A stretch of 64,000 bases of DNA. Origin: a virus. Taxonomy: Duplodnaviria > Heunggongvirae > Uroviricota > Caudoviricetes. The stretch lies in IMG/VR virus record IMGVR_UViG_3300027708_003081. One strand, 5' to 3'. Under the pieces are notes generated by a model. The model ran no database searches. It worked only from the letters and a program-made list of their open reading frames with translations, and was not told where the DNA came from. This document shows positions 20,365 through 30,031 of the stretch, piece by piece; position 1 is the stretch's first letter, and each line of letters opens with the position of its first letter. The position numbers were made by a program, and so were the translations under genes.

Positions 20365-22545
20365 ATGTCGTACATAATAAAAAATACTTCAGGTTTAATT
20401 AATACAAGGGTAACCGACGTAGGTAGAAGAAGAATATCACAGGGTAATTTTAACATTTCTTATTTTCAAATTGGAGATAGTGAAGTTAGTTATACTGCGG
20501 TTCCAAATTATAATCAAGTGAATAATAACATTTTGATGCCTGCTTTCTGTGCTCAAAACGATAGAGGGACGCCACAATCAAACAAACAAAATATAAAATA
20601 TCCTTATTTTGTGAGTGGTGGAGATGGTAATACTTATGGTATTCCATTCCAAGATAGTGGTATTGATGAGGTATTTAATTCTGCTGGTTCAAAAGGATTT
20701 TTTCTAACAGGTAATACAACACCTTGGGTTGTTAATGATTCAACAGGGTATACAATCAATTCAAATTATTGGGTTGATATGAGTACATTATCAGGACAAA
20801 CAGATATTATTATTGATTTAAATTTCTGTTTTACAACAACAGGAACACCTGAAGTAAATGATTTTGTAACAATATATTTAGACGGTATTGGTTCTTGTAA
20901 TGATATTGAAACAGTACCTATTTTAACTTATAAGATACAATCAATAACTGCATATACAAATAGTTATGGCATAACTTTAGATAGGGCGGTACCTAATTAT
21001 ACAGCAAATACTGTATCAGGACAGTACGCAAAAGTTCACGTTTATCCATCAGGAATGACCCAACTTTATGATACAATTACACCATTTTCATATTGGCAAT
21101 TGGACACAATAAATTTTGAATCACCTTGTGATGTTATTAATAGAGAAAATACTGTTATTTGGAATATGAATATTCCTTGGACTGAAAGTCCGGCTGGTTT
21201 GTTTAGTTCTACGTATGAAGATTATTCAAAATTTGGTTCGGTTACATATGTAGGAACTAAAGAATATTTGGGATATAATGAGGCGACAGGACAAACAGAT
21301 ACAAGCGAAGTGTTTTATTATAACTCATTTGATGAAAAAATTACGGTAAAACCAAAAGACCAAAAAGCTATTGCAATTATACACTATACAAATCAAGATA
21401 TTGATTTTGTCTATGGTGAGAAATTCGCAACAGAACCATTTGACCCACAAAACCCAACAGATAGTACTGGTTTGGCGAGACACTTTAAAATAAACATACC
21501 AACCCTAATGTGGCACAAAACCACAGGAACAACAATAGGTGCTGACTTTTTTATTGACCCAATAAATTATGATTTATGTACACCTTATTACATTAAGTCA
21601 AATGAAAATAGTGATATGAATGACCCAGGAATTAGGTATTATCACTTATGGGATAATAATCCTGATTCTAACTCTAAACTTAATAGAATTGGTAAAGTAT
21701 TTCCGGACCAACAAATTATTGTAATAGATGATGAGGAAGTTGTTGCGGCTTTATCTTATAAGTCAAATAGAAACTGGACTTTACCTGCACCTAAATTATC
21801 ACTAATCACACCAAATACTTGTTTTAGTAATGCCGAGTTAAACGGAATTATGGCATCAAGTGCAGAAACTATGTGGGTGACGTATAGATTTGATAATACA
21901 GGTTTTACAAATTCACTGCACTGTAATTATTATTCGTCAATATTAGGGCCTGACACAGGTTGTACTACAAGTTCTCAAAATGTTGCAATTAGATTTGGAG
22001 CTGAATTTCCATTCTTAACTCAAGGAAGCCTTTCAGGTTTTTCTGCAAACAAATTACAAATACTTTGCCAAAAAAGAGTTGATACTTTAAGACCGGACCC
22101 AACGCAGTGGAAGATGATTGATGTTACAGATATGATAAGTGCGACCACAGTAAACGGATTTTTAACTATGAGCGGAATAACAGGAACAACATTTGAAATA
22201 TCACCAACAAATTATAATTCTGCCCCTACGTATAACTTAAATAATTACATTAATTTGGTTCCAAATGGCTCACCTGATATAATGAACTTCGGTGATGAGT
22301 TTTATTTTTATGGTAATGTAGAAACCGATATAATGGCAACTATTTACGAAATGAGATTTTTATGTAATCTTGGTAGGAACCAATTTAGTAATACTTCAAA
22401 CCCAACTTGGGCTTCAGGAACAACATCTTACATCACAGAAATTGGTTTATTAAACGAACAAAAAGAACTTTTGGTTGTAACAAAATTACAATCACCTGAA
22501 TTAAGACAGGGTATACAACAGTTTGTTGTGAAGTTAGATTTTTAA
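20365..22545 (+). CDS. hypothetical structural protein (726 aa)
   Basis: ORF track; ATG verified. Confidence 0.55.
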   Translation: MSYIIKNTSGLINTRVTDVGRRRISQGNFNISYFQIGDSEVSYTAVPNYNQVNNNILMPAFCAQNDRGTPQSNKQNIKYPYFVSGGDGNTYGIPFQDSGIDEVFNSAGSKGFFLTGNTTPWVVNDSTGYTINSNYWVDMSTLSGQTDIIIDLNFCFTTTGTPEVNDFVTIYLDGIGSCNDIETVPILTYKIQSITAYTNSYGITLDRAVPNYTANTVSGQYAKVHVYPSGMTQLYDTITPFSYWQLDTINFESPCDVINRENTVIWNMNIPWTESPAGLFSSTYEDYSKFGSVTYVGTKEYLGYNEATGQTDTSEVFYYNSFDEKITVKPKDQKAIAIIHYTNQDIDFVYGEKFATEPFDPQNPTDSTGLARHFKINIPTLMWHKTTGTTIGADFFIDPINYDLCTPYYIKSNENSDMNDPGIRYYHLWDNNPDSNSKLNRIGKVFPDQQIIVIDDEEVVAALSYKSNRNWTLPAPKLSLITPNTCFSNAELNGIMASSAETMWVTYRFDNTGFTNSLHCNYYSSILGPDTGCTTSSQNVAIRFGAEFPFLTQGSLSGFSANKLQILCQKRVDTLRPDPTQWKMIDVTDMISATTVNGFLTMSGITGTTFEISPTNYNSAPTYNLNNYINLVPNGSPDIMNFGDEFYFYGNVETDIMATIYEMRFLCNLGRNQFSNTSNPTWASGTTSYITEIGLLNEQKELLVVTKLQSPELRQGIQQFVVKLDF

Positions 22546-22546
22546 T

Positions 22547-23143
22547 ATGAAAAAAGACATATCAAAAGAGTCCCCAAAGATATTGGGGCTGGACGTATCA
22601 ACCAAGACAATAGGTATTTGTTTATTTGATATTGAAACAAAAAACCTACTTGAATTAACCCACGTTTCACCAAAGGTTAAAACGGAAAATAAGATTGAGG
22701 AGTTACTTCTCAAGGCGGAGGTTTTTAGAGAAAAAATAAAATCTTATGTTGGACTTGGAATAACTACTGTAGTTATTGAGGAACCATTATTAAATAGTAA
22801 TAACGTTTTTACGGTTGGCACTCTTATGAGGTTTAATACTCTTGTATGTAAAGAAGTTTATGATATTCTTGGTGTTATTCCTGAATTCATTACAACATAT
22901 AATTCTCGCAAATTCGCATTCCCCCACTTTGTAAAAGAAAATGATAAAGGTAAATTTGTCTTGTTTGGTGGATATCCAAAAGATATAGACAAAAAAGTTT
23001 TAATTTGGGAACAAGTGGCAAAAAGGGAACCACAAATCACTTGGTTATATACCAAAAACAATACTCTCAAAAAGGAAAACTACGATATGTCTGATAGTTA
23101 TGCCTGTGCTCTCGGTTATTTAAAATCAAAAAATATTTGGTAA
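22547..23143 (+). CDS. RuvC-like Holliday junction resolvase
   Basis: N-terminal ILGLDVSTKTIGICLFD (RuvC/RNase-H-fold catalytic Asp motif); VVIEEPLLN acidic motif; C-terminal DMSDSYACALGYL (D..D/A..A motif). Confidence 0.5.
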   Translation: MKKDISKESPKILGLDVSTKTIGICLFDIETKNLLELTHVSPKVKTENKIEELLLKAEVFREKIKSYVGLGITTVVIEEPLLNSNNVFTVGTLMRFNTLVCKEVYDILGVIPEFITTYNSRKFAFPHFVKENDKGKFVLFGGYPKDIDKKVLIWEQVAKREPQITWLYTKNNTLKKENYDMSDSYACALGYLKSKNIW

Positions 23144-23185
23144 TCTCAAAATGATTATTTAATTTTGTTTCATAAATCAATCAAT

Positions 23186-23353
23186 ATGAAACGAAATCTT
23201 ATTTTTATTCTCATCACACTAGTTTACATTTTTTTAATGCGTGATTGTTATTACGACATTAATATTATCTCACTCATCGATATGTTATTTATAACTTTGA
23301 TGTATATTTCACTTTTTATTGCAGTTTATTTAATTGATTACGACAAACTTTAA
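23186..23353 (+). CDS. small two-TM membrane protein
   Basis: Track start 23165 is TTG; ATG at 23186; product is two hydrophobic helices. Confidence 0.3.
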   Translation: MKRNLIFILITLVYIFLMRDCYYDINIISLIDMLFITLMYISLFIAVYLIDYDKL

Positions 23354-23502
23354 AATTATGAGAATAACTATCCCCCGTATTAAAAAGGCAGTATGGTGCT
23401 ACAAATGCTGCAGACAAAAAAAATTGACTATAAAATTATCTTTAAGATATAGTTCTTGGTATTTTGATTCTGAAATGGTTTTAGATTAAAAAATTAAATG
23501 AT

Positions 23503-23844
23503 ATGAAAGAGTTAATTGAAAAATATGAAAAGGCTAAAGAAAAAGCCGACAAACTTTATATGGAGATATTGGATACTCCTGATGGGTTCTTATATGTAAC
23601 CTGTTTAAGGTGTTATGGTTCCATAAGATGGCAAACCCACAAAAATGAGTTTTCTGTTATGGAACTTTGCGATTACTATAATGGAGACAACGGGATTGTG
23701 GATGTGTATACTAACAACCCAAATCACAAAATTGATTCATATGGTAGTGTTATTGTTAAGACATATGATGAAATTATTGATATGTCGAAGGAGGATATAT
23801 CTATGTCTAATGCAATATGTAATTGGATTACCAGAACTTTATAA
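23503..23844 (+). CDS. hypothetical protein
   Basis: 113 aa; ATG verified. Confidence 0.4.
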   Translation: MKELIEKYEKAKEKADKLYMEILDTPDGFLYVTCLRCYGSIRWQTHKNEFSVMELCDYYNGDNGIVDVYTNNPNHKIDSYGSVIVKTYDEIIDMSKEDISMSNAICNWITRTL

Positions 23845-23851
23845 AATAAAT

Positions 23852-23881
23852 TTTGCGGTAACAAAAAAAGGAGTATCTTTG
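23852..23881 (+). promoter_or_regulatory. Bacteroidetes sigma-A type promoter (TTTG -33, TATCTTTG -7)
   Basis: TTTG 23852-55, TATCTTTG 23874-81, spacing 18; ATG at 23901. Confidence 0.55.
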
Positions 23882-23900
23882 TATTCTAAATCAAAACAAA

Positions 23901-24215
23901 ATGAAAAAAATATTATTATCATTAACAATTATCAGTTCTTTTTTAGTGGGATGTGAAGATATAAATCCCGAAGAACAGTGGAGACCAATCGTAGTCAAAG
24001 AAAAGTATGCCGAAAATCAAGTAACCAAAGACCTTGTTTTTGGAACAGGAAATTGGCACGAGAACGCTCATATCATACTTGATGAAAATAACGAAATTTG
24101 GGATAATGTTAATTTAAAAGTATACTTAATATGTAAAAAAGGTGATACGTTATGGGTTAAAAATAGAATGGAATGGATTAGATTAAAAAAAGACGAGAAA
24201 CAATTTACCTATTAA
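23901..24215 (+). CDS. lipoprotein
   Basis: MKKILLSLTIISSFLVGCED: signal peptide with lipobox Cys. Confidence 0.5.
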   Translation: MKKILLSLTIISSFLVGCEDINPEEQWRPIVVKEKYAENQVTKDLVFGTGNWHENAHIILDENNEIWDNVNLKVYLICKKGDTLWVKNRMEWIRLKKDEKQFTY

Positions 24216-24247
24216 TTAAAATAATTTTGGCAGTTTCAAAACTATTA
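24216..24247 (+). promoter_or_regulatory. Bacteroidetes-type promoter variant (TTTGGCAG ... TACCTTTA)
   Basis: TTTG 24216-19, TAnnTTTA 24240-47, spacing 20; ATG 24262. Confidence 0.45.
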
Positions 24248-24261
24248 TATACCTTTACATT

Positions 24262-24723
24262 ATGAAACAACTACCATACATCAACCGAACAGAAGGAATT
24301 ATCGGATATTCCGAATCAGTAATTGCACAATCCGAATCTAATGACTGCTTTGTAAGAGCCGTCGCATCCTCATATGAAATCCCATATGACGAAGCTCATA
24401 CTTGGGTTAAAGAAAAGTTTAATAGACAAAATAGAAAGGGAACAATGTATGTTTCTTCTAAAATGGACCAGTTCTCAAAAGAGGGAAAAACATTAAATGG
24501 AAAAATCATTAAAGAAATTTGGTTTTTAAAAACTGTTGATAAAACAACCAATAAGCTTAAAAGAACAACTCTTAATCAATTTATTAAAAAGTATCCAACA
24601 GGAACTTATATCCTTATTGTTAAAGGACACGCATTCACATTAAAGAATGGTTCTGTAATTGGTAATACTGGTGATGCAACATCTATGAAAAAGATTGTTC
24701 ACAACGCATATCAAATTTGTTAA
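24262..24723 (+). CDS. hypothetical protein
   Basis: 153 aa; ATG verified. Confidence 0.45.
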   Translation: MKQLPYINRTEGIIGYSESVIAQSESNDCFVRAVASSYEIPYDEAHTWVKEKFNRQNRKGTMYVSSKMDQFSKEGKTLNGKIIKEIWFLKTVDKTTNKLKRTTLNQFIKKYPTGTYILIVKGHAFTLKNGSVIGNTGDATSMKKIVHNAYQIC

Positions 24724-24732
24724 TATTGTATT

Positions 24733-25623
24733 ATGTCTGATGAAGTAGAAGTAGTATTAGAACTTATTGAGGAAGTCCTTGGGGAGCCGAGGAAGGTATA
24801 CGACAGCAAATTGCAGTACGGATATAACTGCGTTGAATGTGATGAAGGTAGAGGTAAAGGTAATTTGGAAGTCAGTTTGGAGAAGTATGTCTATCACTGT
24901 TGGAGTTGTGGTATAAGTGGTCCAATAGGTAAGTTATTTGATGAGTACGGAACAAAGAAACAAAAGAAAACATTTTTACTTATCCGACCCGATGAATTCA
25001 AGGTACAAGAGAAGAAAAAGAACATATTAAGATTACCCCAAGGTTACACAAAAGTATTGGAAGCGAGCCCGATATATCCCCCACATAAGGAGGCTTTTAA
25101 TTATCTTAAAAGCCGTGGAATAACAGATGAGATTTGTGAGAGGTGTAATATCGGGCTCACCACGACGGGGGACTTTCAGGGTAGAATAATTATCCCATCT
25201 TATGATAAGGATGGGAAACTTAATTATTTTATTGCCCGTTCTTGGAACTTGAGGGCAAAGATGAAATACAAAAATCCTGCAGTTGAAAAAGACCAAATAA
25301 TCTTTAATGAAAATCTAATTAATTGGGATGAAGATATTTATTTGGTAGAAGGTGCGTTTGATAGCGTCTTCGTTAAGAACTCAATTCCGATGCTTGGAAA
25401 ACACCTATCCGAGCTTTTATTTACTAACCTATATAACAAAGCAAAAAAGAATGTGATTATCTGTCTTGACGCCGATGCGTTCAATAACGCCGTTGAATTA
25501 TATCACACCTTAAATGGTGGTGTTTTATATAACAGGATTAAGTTGGTTAAACTACCTGATGAAAAAGATATCGCAGATTTAAGAGGTGAAATAAGAGACG
25601 AATATTACTTTGAAATAAAATAA
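24733..25623 (+). CDS. DNA primase (zinc-ribbon + TOPRIM)
   Basis: CVECDEG...HCWSCG zinc-binding motif as in T7 gp4 primase; YLVEGAFD (TOPRIM Glu) and ICLDADAFNN (DxD). Confidence 0.7.
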   Translation: MSDEVEVVLELIEEVLGEPRKVYDSKLQYGYNCVECDEGRGKGNLEVSLEKYVYHCWSCGISGPIGKLFDEYGTKKQKKTFLLIRPDEFKVQEKKKNILRLPQGYTKVLEASPIYPPHKEAFNYLKSRGITDEICERCNIGLTTTGDFQGRIIIPSYDKDGKLNYFIARSWNLRAKMKYKNPAVEKDQIIFNENLINWDEDIYLVEGAFDSVFVKNSIPMLGKHLSELLFTNLYNKAKKNVIICLDADAFNNAVELYHTLNGGVLYNRIKLVKLPDEKDIADLRGEIRDEYYFEIK

Positions 25624-25639
25624 AAAAAACAAGAAAAAA

Positions 25640-27469
25640 ATGAAAAAGATTATGTTATTGGGTATGTTATTTATTACCCAAATTTTGAGTGCTCAAACTG
25701 CACAAACAATTAAAAGCGGAAAATGGACTGATAAAAGTGTATGGGTTGGTAAGAAAGTTCCTGTTACAGGTGCCGCAATTACCGTAAATTCAGGACACGT
25801 TTTAACCCTTGATACAACCGTAGAAGTTGGTGGGTTACAGATTATGAAGAGAGGAACTCTTCAATTTCTAACTAGCAGGTCAAATACCCTTTATTCAACT
25901 GAAAATATAAATGTGTTTGGAAAACTTATTATGTCTCCATTACTAATGAGTTATATTCATACCATAGTTTTCAAAAATGTTGATGAGAGTAAATTCATCG
26001 GCGGGGGTATGGATATATTTAGAACGGATGTTGGGTTATGGGTAAGAGATAGTGGTACAGTATCACTATTTGGAAATGATAAAACGCCATATGTTTATTT
26101 GAAAGATTCTGCGGTTAAAGGCTCAAATCAAATAGTATTAAATAGAATACCAGCAAATTGGAAAGCGGGAGATGTTATTGCAATCACTCCAACTGAAGAT
26201 AATAAACAACCAAATTTTTATAATGGTTTTGATACAAGAAAAATTGTTAGTGTTGTAAGTAATGTCGTGACTCTTGATAGCCCAATTATATATAACCATC
26301 CAAGAGTTTATAATCCATTCAAAAAAATTTATTTAACTTCGGAGGTATTAAACCTAACAAGAAATGTTAGAATTGAGGGGACACCAACAGGTAGAAGTCA
26401 TATTAATATTGGAATGGTTAATACGCCTTTTACTATGAAAAATGTGCAGATAAGATATATGGGGCCAAGAAAACCAGATGGTTCTGGTTATACAACAAAG
26501 GTTACGGGTAGATACGCACTTCACCTACATATGAACGGATATGCAACCACAGGTTCTTATGTTAAAAATGTTGTGGTTAGTGATTGTGGTTCACACGCAT
26601 ATGTTCCTCACGCATCTCACGGAGTTTTATTTGAGAACTGCATAAGTTATAACACATTTGAGGAGGCTTATTGGTGGGACTTTCCAACAAGCGATAAAGA
26701 TACAACAAATAATAGTCACAATACAACATACACAGGTTGTGTTGCTGCGATGACTAAATGCGACCCACCATTTAGAGGTTATAGATTAACAGGTTTCTAT
26801 TTGGGTTCAGGTAGAGATAATACCGCAAAAAGATGTATTGCGGTTGGTAATTATGGTAGTGGTTCTGCCGCAGGGTTTTTGTGGCCCGAACCATCAAATT
26901 TCACAGATAATGTTTGGATATTAGATAGTAATATATCTCATAACAATAGATGTGATGGTATTTTTACTTGGCAGAACGACTCACATAGTCATATAGTTAA
27001 AGGATTTACCATTTATAATAATGGGTTATATGGTTTGGAACACGGGGCTTATGTAAATGCTTACAAGTACACAGATTTAAGTTTATTTGGAAATAAGTAT
27101 GGTGTATTTATTCACGCCAATCCATCAGGTTCAGTTAATGTAATATCTGATGAGTGGGGATATAATGCACATATCATCAATAGTAAAAGTTCTGATAGTT
27201 TATATATAACAAAACATACACTACCGGGTGGAGGACCATTCTTATTTAAAGATTGTTATTTTCCTGGTGTGATTGTGAATGAATTACCTCCAAGAGTACC
27301 GACACCACCACCAGGATTATTTGATTTTGTAAATTGTGGATTAAGTGAGAAAAGTTTCTTAATTTTGGGGATGGAAAAAGGTTCTCTTATTAGAGTTCAA
27401 AATGGAACAACAGCGTTTCAAATTGATAGTAACGGAACAATAACAACAATTCCACCATTTTTTAAATAA
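25640..27469 (+). CDS. secreted G8-domain / right-handed beta-helix protein (candidate glycan depolymerase)
   Basis: Sec signal MKKIMLLGMLFITQILSAQTAQ. KWTDKSVWVGKKVPVTGAAITVNSGHVLTLDTTVEVGGLQIMKRGTLQF and PANWKAGDVIAITPT resemble the G8 domain. Downstream Cys/His-rich parallel beta-helix-like repeats. Confidence 0.5.
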   Translation: MKKIMLLGMLFITQILSAQTAQTIKSGKWTDKSVWVGKKVPVTGAAITVNSGHVLTLDTTVEVGGLQIMKRGTLQFLTSRSNTLYSTENINVFGKLIMSPLLMSYIHTIVFKNVDESKFIGGGMDIFRTDVGLWVRDSGTVSLFGNDKTPYVYLKDSAVKGSNQIVLNRIPANWKAGDVIAITPTEDNKQPNFYNGFDTRKIVSVVSNVVTLDSPIIYNHPRVYNPFKKIYLTSEVLNLTRNVRIEGTPTGRSHINIGMVNTPFTMKNVQIRYMGPRKPDGSGYTTKVTGRYALHLHMNGYATTGSYVKNVVVSDCGSHAYVPHASHGVLFENCISYNTFEEAYWWDFPTSDKDTTNNSHNTTYTGCVAAMTKCDPPFRGYRLTGFYLGSGRDNTAKRCIAVGNYGSGSAAGFLWPEPSNFTDNVWILDSNISHNNRCDGIFTWQNDSHSHIVKGFTIYNNGLYGLEHGAYVNAYKYTDLSLFGNKYGVFIHANPSGSVNVISDEWGYNAHIINSKSSDSLYITKHTLPGGGPFLFKDCYFPGVIVNELPPRVPTPPPGLFDFVNCGLSEKSFLILGMEKGSLIRVQNGTTAFQIDSNGTITTIPPFFK

Positions 27470-27475
27470 ATAATT

Positions 27476-27664
27476 ATGGAACAACAGACATCCGAATATC
27501 CTGAACTTGAAGGAACATTAGCATTATGTAATGATAAGATTTGGGACGACATATATGAAGAATACTCAAAGGAACAATATCCAGCATTTGGTGGGCCATT
27601 TACGGACTCAATATCATTTATAGATTGGTTAAAATTATACTATAAATCACCTGAAAGAATATGA
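27476..27664 (+). CDS. small hypothetical protein
   Basis: 62 aa; ATG verified. Confidence 0.4.
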   Translation: MEQQTSEYPELEGTLALCNDKIWDDIYEEYSKEQYPAFGGPFTDSISFIDWLKLYYKSPERI

Positions 27665-27891
27665 CGAATACAGAACTTGAAGAACTTGGGTTTATAACCG
27701 TTGTAACCGATATAAACTCCTTTGTATCAAAGAAAAATGGAGATGACGTGTGGTTGGAGGTGTTCTATTCAAACGAACCAGAATACCTCCAAATAATGAG
27801 GGGAACAAAGGGTGATAGTGGGGAAATATTAAGAAATACTATATATGAGGGACAGGGTAATATTGGGGTGATAAAACAATTTTTAAAATAA
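27661..27891 (+). CDS. small hypothetical protein
   Basis: 76 aa; ATGA overlap. Confidence 0.4.
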   Translation: MTNTELEELGFITVVTDINSFVSKKNGDDVWLEVFYSNEPEYLQIMRGTKGDSGEILRNTIYEGQGNIGVIKQFLK

Positions 27892-27892
27892 A

Positions 27893-27924
27893 TTTGGCTG
27901 GTATTCTGGAAAGGTATATCTTTG
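27893..27924 (+). promoter_or_regulatory. Bacteroidetes sigma-A type promoter
   Basis: TTTG 27893-96, TATCTTTG 27917-24, spacing 20. Confidence 0.55.
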
Positions 27925-27945
27925 TATTCTAAATCAATCAAAGAT

Positions 27946-28131
27946 ATGAATAAGATATACAAAATGATGTTGAAATTAAAACAATCAATTTGCTCTCACC
28001 GTTGGGAGGAGATATGGGTTTATGGATGGACTGCTGATTACCGATGCACACGTTGCAAAAAACACGGAAAAGGATGGTACGGCGACAAAAAACCTTTAAA
28101 AAAGTTAAATAAACTTTTGGCAGTTAAATAA
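27946..28131 (+). CDS. small zinc-ribbon protein
   Basis: Track start 27922 is TTG lying in the -7 box; ATG at 27946; C-x-H...C-x2-C. Confidence 0.4.
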   Translation: MNKIYKMMLKLKQSICSHRWEEIWVYGWTADYRCTRCKKHGKGWYGDKKPLKKLNKLLAVK

Positions 28132-28147
28132 TAACCCCTTATCTTTG
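28116..28147 (+). promoter_or_regulatory. Bacteroidetes sigma-A type promoter
   Basis: TTTGGCAG 28116-23, TATCTTTG 28140-47, spacing 20. Confidence 0.55.
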
Positions 28148-28169
28148 TATTCACAAAACAACCAAAGAT

Positions 28170-28346
28170 ATGACCAAAACAATTTCATTCAAGAAAGGAA
28201 CAACAGTAAGAGTTTTAATGGGAGAACACGCTGGACAATTGGCCGTAGTTATTAGAAGCACTAAATTTCATGTGGTTTGTCAATCACCCAATCAACTTTA
28301 TCAATGGTGTTACCTTAAAACTCAACTTGAGAAATTGGAAAGTTAA
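28170..28346 (+). CDS. small hypothetical protein (58 aa, below ORF-track cutoff)
   Basis: ATG 22 nt downstream of the promoter -7 box; translated by eye MTKTISFKKGTTVRVLMGEHAGQLAVVIRSTKFHVVCQSPNQLYQWCYLKTQLEKLES. Confidence 0.35.
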   Translation: MTKTISFKKGTTVRVLMGEHAGQLAVVIRSTKFHVVCQSPNQLYQWCYLKTQLEKLES

Positions 28347-28353
28347 AAAAACT

Positions 28354-28385
28354 TTTGGTAGAACCAAAATAACCCCTTATCTTTA
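28354..28385 (+). promoter_or_regulatory. Bacteroidetes sigma-A type promoter (TATCTTTA variant)
   Basis: TTTG 28354-57, TATCTTTA 28378-85, spacing 20. Confidence 0.5.
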
Positions 28386-28406
28386 CATTCTAAAACAATC
28401 AAATAT

Positions 28407-28883
28407 ATGACAACAACTACCACCACCCCAACAACAACAGTAATTAACCTTACAACTGGCACTATGGCTGGCGACGTATTCTACGGAACGTACAATACAA
28501 TGGTTAAAGGAAAACCTTGTCGTATTATGGTGTCTAATCACCTTAAAGAAGATAAACAATATGAGTTCCGTGTGGCGGCTAAATGTCAGGCAGGATTCAT
28601 CAATATCTCTGATTGGACTACAACACCGAAAGAAGTTATTTCAGGATTCAAGAAAAATTCTTTGGTTAACATTCAAGTGAAACACACCTACGATAACGGA
28701 AAAATTACTTGGATGAATGTATTCACAACCAAAGGTGGCAAATGGTATTCTATTGATAAAGGATTTTTGGATGTATTGACTGTAGGTGATATGAGACAAT
28801 CACATCCTGATATGTGTGATATGGAGTTGTGGGGTAGAATGGGTGCTAAAACTTGGGCGGACAAAGCGTTCGTTCAGAACTAA
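28407..28883 (+). CDS. hypothetical protein
   Basis: 158 aa; ATG verified; promoter upstream. Confidence 0.5.
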   Translation: MTTTTTTPTTTVINLTTGTMAGDVFYGTYNTMVKGKPCRIMVSNHLKEDKQYEFRVAAKCQAGFINISDWTTTPKEVISGFKKNSLVNIQVKHTYDNGKITWMNVFTTKGGKWYSIDKGFLDVLTVGDMRQSHPDMCDMELWGRMGAKTWADKAFVQN

Positions 28884-28889
28884 AAATAT

Positions 28890-29019
28890 AGTCAGGTGGC
28901 GAGAGGTACACGCACCGAAACATTGGAATAGGTTCTGCCATGAACCTCAAACAACGGAGTATCTGCTTTAACCAATGTGCTGATGGATACTATCACAGGT
29001 TCAAATCCTGTACTGGCTA
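28890..29019 (+). tRNA. oversized tRNA-like gene, copy 1 (~130 nt)
   Basis: 5' AGTCAGG pairs with 3' ACTGGCT (6/7). Canonical T-arm ACAGG-TTCAAAT-CCTGT. D-arm-like GCG-AGAGGTACA-CGC. Core is far too long for a standard cloverleaf. Overlaps the 5' part of track ORF 28940..29482. Confidence 0.4.
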
Positions 29020-29029
29020 CAAAAAACTT

Positions 29030-29482
29030 ATGAAAAAACTTCTATATAAAATCTTTAATTGTAAAAAACAAAAAATAAAAACTATGGTAGGAAAAAAAGT
29101 AAAATTACAACCAACGCCTAAGGGTAAACGAAAGTCGGGCAACCCAAATCTTACAAGTTCTATTGGATTCACTATTACCGCTTGTTATAATGAAAATCCT
29201 AAAGCTTGGGTTATTAGTTTTGATAATGGCACCGAAGCCGGATGGGTATATGAGTGGGAAATGATTGACTACAAAGTTACTCTTGAAGAACTCCGTGATG
29301 AGTATACAGAAAAGGAAAATCAAATGAAAGAAATTGGTGTCAAAATTGAATGGATGGAAGAAACTAACTCAACTGAATTTAACGAAAACGAGTTTAAGGT
29401 GTATCAGACCCTGAAGTTATTTGAAAACAAGGAACTGACAATGGTTGAAAAGAGTAGATTAATTGCCAATTTAATAAAATAA
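29030..29482 (+). CDS. hypothetical protein (start re-assigned downstream of tRNA-like element)
   Basis: In-frame ATG at 29030 (alternative 29084), just after the tRNA-like element that overlaps the track start 28940. Confidence 0.4.
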   Translation: MKKLLYKIFNCKKQKIKTMVGKKVKLQPTPKGKRKSGNPNLTSSIGFTITACYNENPKAWVISFDNGTEAGWVYEWEMIDYKVTLEELRDEYTEKENQMKEIGVKIEWMEETNSTEFNENEFKVYQTLKLFENKELTMVEKSRLIANLIK

Positions 29483-29590
29483 AAGTTATGAAAATAGTGT
29501 TAATAATAATCGGAGTGATGTTAGTTGTTAAATTAGCCTTTTTTATGGCAGAGGTTCACGGAAAAAGTCCTAAATAAAAAAATAAAAGTT

Positions 29591-29902
29591 ATGGTACAAT
29601 ACAGAATAATAGAAAACAAATGGGTAGATAGTCACGGTAAATTATTCACCGGAAAAACTCACTATACCATAATGTATAAAAGAAAGTTTTTGTTTTTGGG
29701 CTACTGGGAAACTGTAAAGCACGTAGTCGAAAACCCTGATTGTAGTGTGGTAGAAAGATTACATGGCGGTACTGGTAGATTGGTACCAACCAAATTTAAT
29801 TCACTCTTGGAAGCTAAAGAATTCGCGGAAAACTATGTTGCAAAAGGTATAGAAACAAATAGATGGGTTAATAAAATTGTGCTTTCCAACGCATTACAAT
29901 AA
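29591..29902 (+). CDS. hypothetical protein
   Basis: 103 aa; ATG verified. Confidence 0.45.
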   Translation: MVQYRIIENKWVDSHGKLFTGKTHYTIMYKRKFLFLGYWETVKHVVENPDCSVVERLHGGTGRLVPTKFNSLLEAKEFAENYVAKGIETNRWVNKIVLSNALQ

Positions 29903-29912
29903 AAAAACAAAT

Positions 29913-30017
29913 AGTCAGGTGGCGGAATGGTAGACGCAACGAAAGTAGAGAAAGATGGCCCAATCCTTTTAGGAGCGAATAAGCTACTCTGTACAAGTTC
30001 AAATCTTGTCCTGGCTA
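29913..30017 (+). tRNA. oversized tRNA-like gene, copy 2 (~105 nt)
   Basis: AGTCAGG/CCTGGCT 7-bp acceptor helix (one G-U); D-arm GCG-GAATGGTAGA-CGC; T-arm ACAAG-TTCAAAT-CTTGT; discriminator A. Confidence 0.4.
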
Positions 30018-30031
30018 CAAAATTAAAAACT

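Noticed and set aside
23645-23956. 103-aa ORF overlapping two neighbouring genes
   Set aside because: Alternate frame spanning the 3' end of 23503..23844 and the signal peptide of the lipoprotein gene, and including the promoter region between them.
29488-29577. 29-aa hydrophobic mini-ORF (MKIVLIIIGVMLVVKLAFFMAEVHGKSPK) in an intergenic gap
   Set aside because: Too short to call from sequence alone.
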